Source: Fidelibacterota bacterium (GTDB lineage: Bacteria > Fidelibacterota > Marinisomatia > Marinisomatales > TCS55). Taken from it: 47,066 bases of DNA. How positions within the stretch are numbered: position 1 is the stretch's first letter; each line of letters opens with the position of its first letter. This document shows, in pieces, positions 44,958 to 47,066 of the stretch. The position numbers and the translations under genes are program-made. A model generated the notes under the pieces. It ran no database searches. It saw nothing but the letters and a program-made list of their open reading frames with translations, and was not told the origin of the DNA. Where the stretch lies: the NCBI GenBank assembly GCA_027251445.1, contig JAPNQO010000101.1:1-47066 (forward strand). The letters are read 5' to 3'.

Positions 44958-47066
44958 TTAAAAAAACCTTATAGGTAAGCTTAAATCAAAACTAAACCGT
45001 ATTCTATTTAGCATCCAATCAATATTATTGGGTGTATTATTACTCTCTTCCCAACTCTGATATATAGGAATAAATAAAGGACCTATATGAAATCCTGATA
45101 CTATGTAAATTTCCTCTAAATCAGATGCTCCACCAACATCTAAGAATATTTTCCCTGGCAAATAAGGTAACTGTTGATCAAAACATAATGACCATGATCT
45201 TTTTTCAGAAAAAAGTGGTTTACCATCTCTATTACGAACAAGACCACGTAATCCAGGTCCGCCCTTATATATCATATTTGAAAGCAACTTAAAATTTTCA
45301 CTTTTACCAGTACGATCAAGGATATTTTCTTGAAAGTCTGAATCTATGGATCCACTCAAGAATGTTCTGTACTGAGAAGGTAAGTCTTTACTGATAAGGT
45401 AATCACTGACATAAAACTTAATTTTTGTGATAACATTTTTAGTAAATTTTTGGTTTAGAATAGCTGTAAACATTCCTTTAGAAAATTTTTCACCAATCTT
45501 TATACCAGAAGTAAAGGACAAGCTGGATTTTTGGTTTAATTTCAATTTCTTGTTATACAAAATAGATCCTATTACATATTTACCACCATCATATAAAAAT
45601 GGGTCTAATGCAGTTGAATCAAGGATATGATAAAATAAATCAATATTTAAATTAGAAACAGGATAGTCTACTAGAGGAGATTTTATTGTACCATTTACAC
45701 CTATATTTATTCCAGTCCTTCCAGAACCACTACCAAATCTTACTTTGAAGGAACTCTCATGAAATAAGCTTATTCCCCTTAAAGGACGAATAAATGAAAC
45801 ATTGCCTAATGGTTTATCTTGTTTAAAATCATATAATATTGATATAGTATTTCCTTTACTATTATATCCAGGAGAATAACCAGAAAAAGCTGTAATGCCT
45901 GGTGTAAAACCATTATAGTAGTTATAACTGAAAAACCATGGGACAACATTTATTGCATGATTAAAATAATTAGGCTTATCCCATATAAAATTAAATTCAT
46001 AATTCTTTGGAATACCGTTATTACTTCGATCAATATCAGGCATATGTTCATCAGGATCAATTTTAACTTTAACGGTTTTAGGAGGAGTATTTAATATTCT
46101 TTCATCATTTATATTATGTAACCAATCACGATTAATCTCTTTATTATTTTCATCATAATAAGCAACTTCTACCGGACATGGAAAAGTACCGTAATTATGT
46201 AAAATAAATTTATTTCTTACATAGGTTACGCCATAATCAACATAAGTTGTCTTTTCAAATACGTTATCAAAAAACCAATCAAGATCTTCATTAGAATGAT
46301 TATTAAATACTTCTTCTAAATCTTCAGGGTATGGATGTTTAAATTTCCATTTTTGAAAAAAGTCCTTAAAAATTATATTAATTTTTTCTTCACTTAGATA
46401 ATGTTCTAAATAACGCATGAATACTGCTGGTTTTGTGTAATGCATTCCATAATTAATACTAGAATAATCATCAGCAGTTAAGTTTAAAGGTTGAGAATCT
46501 TTACTTATTCCAGCACTTACATAACCTGCATAATTTATCCAACTCATTGATAAGTTTTTTCCTATACCCAATTTATTTTGAATAATATCCTGTATAAGTA
46601 TTTGTTCATTTCTAGATGAATATTTTTTTTGCCAGTATCTAATATTTGAATATTCATTTAATCCTTCATCCATCCATGTATGATCTCTTTCATTCGATCC
46701 AATTATTCCATAAAACCAGTTGTGTCCAACCTCATGCATAATAACGTATTCAAGTAAATCCTGTGAACCTCCACTTGAAATAACAGTAATATTAGGATAT
46801 TCCATCCCTCCACCTGCTGATAAATCTCCATCTACAGCTGTTAAATGATTATAAGGATAATCGCCGTAAAACTTACTGAACCACATGCCTGAATCATGTA
46901 GATACTCTATTGAATTTTCCCATAACTCAGCATTTTTTGGCAAATAAAAACTCCACAATATTATTTTTTTTGTTGAATCAGATAAAAAAAGGTTGCCTTT
47001 TCTTACAATCCAATTTTTATCAGCAAACCAGGCAAAATCATGCACATTTGATTGATGAAAATGCAG
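44958..47066 (-). CDS. M1 family metallopeptidase with beta-rich C-terminal extension (5' end outside the window)
   Basis: Frame open to the window edge (LHFHQSNVHDFAW); GGMEYP, HEVGHNWF-x-WMDEG and YTK motifs; C-terminal amphipathic strands ending IRFF. Confidence 0.92.
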   Translation of the reverse strand: MHFHQSNVHDFAWFADKNWIVRKGNLFLSDSTKKIILWSFYLPKNAELWENSIEYLHDSGMWFSKFYGDYPYNHLTAVDGDLSAGGGMEYPNITVISSGGSQDLLEYVIMHEVGHNWFYGIIGSNERDHTWMDEGLNEYSNIRYWQKKYSSRNEQILIQDIIQNKLGIGKNLSMSWINYAGYVSAGISKDSQPLNLTADDYSSINYGMHYTKPAVFMRYLEHYLSEEKINIIFKDFFQKWKFKHPYPEDLEEVFNNHSNEDLDWFFDNVFEKTTYVDYGVTYVRNKFILHNYGTFPCPVEVAYYDENNKEINRDWLHNINDERILNTPPKTVKVKIDPDEHMPDIDRSNNGIPKNYEFNFIWDKPNYFNHAINVVPWFFSYNYYNGFTPGITAFSGYSPGYNSKGNTISILYDFKQDKPLGNVSFIRPLRGISLFHESSFKVRFGSGSGRTGINIGVNGTIKSPLVDYPVSNLNIDLFYHILDSTALDPFLYDGGKYVIGSILYNKKLKLNQKSSLSFTSGIKIGEKFSKGMFTAILNQKFTKNVITKIKFYVSDYLISKDLPSQYRTFLSGSIDSDFQENILDRTGKSENFKLLSNMIYKGGPGLRGLVRNRDGKPLFSEKRSWSLCFDQQLPYLPGKIFLDVGGASDLEEIYIVSGFHIGPLFIPIYQSWEESNNTPNNIDWMLNRIRFSFDLSLPIRFF

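Noticed and set aside
188..45630. The many 60-110 aa alternative-frame and antisense ORFs in the ORF track (e.g. 188-370, 7881-8153, 19007-19303, 40001-40306, 41904-42236)
   Set aside because: All lie within or across longer genes with clear family motifs and show no motifs of their own; treated as shadow ORFs
1..47066. Mobile elements, prophage, defence systems, recoding (Sec/alternative code) or pseudogenes
   Set aside because: No integrase, transposase, phage or nuclease motifs recognised; genes are full length with ordinary stops, and the TGA stops I checked either overlap the next start or are followed by no continuing domain

Overview
AT-rich (roughly 30% GC by eye), gene-dense bacterial chromosome segment using the standard code, with about 33 genes. 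I see no rRNA, tRNA, CRISPR array or mobile element. The gene content (FlgD/T9SS type A-like C-terminal domains, a PorV/PorQ-like barrel, a dockerin, TonB receptors) suggests an FCB-group marine heterotroph such as Ca. Marinimicrobia; this taxon call is an inference. The left arm (1-23.2 kb, almost all + strand) carries an amidohydrolase, a pilin-like protein, a TetR/TonB receptor/lipoprotein unit, an LVIVD + YncE beta-propeller pair, a tight five-gene catabolic operon (amidinotransferase/DDAH-like, GcvT-like, two COG1233/PYROXD2-like flavoproteins, Rieske oxygenase), a cadherin-repeat surface protein and a DoxX/Gfo-Idh-MocA/rfaE2/BNR unit. The right arm (23.3-47 kb, all - strand) carries an M1 peptidase, a GT2, a dockerin-bearing agmatine/peptidyl-arginine deiminase and tig-clpP-clpX (ClpX lacks its zinc-binding domain). 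These are followed by a 15-kb cassette: TonB receptor, 1311-aa VVPNPY protein, PorV-like barrel and three CTD-bearing secreted proteins, including a metalloprotease and a cohesin-like protein. Best candidates for undescribed systems: (1) the TBDR/VVPNPY/PorV cassette as a SusCD-analogous surface uptake complex, (2) a pathway for catabolising N-methylated amino acids, (3) cohesin-dockerin assembly of peptide-processing enzymes. All functional calls come from reading motifs; no searches were run.
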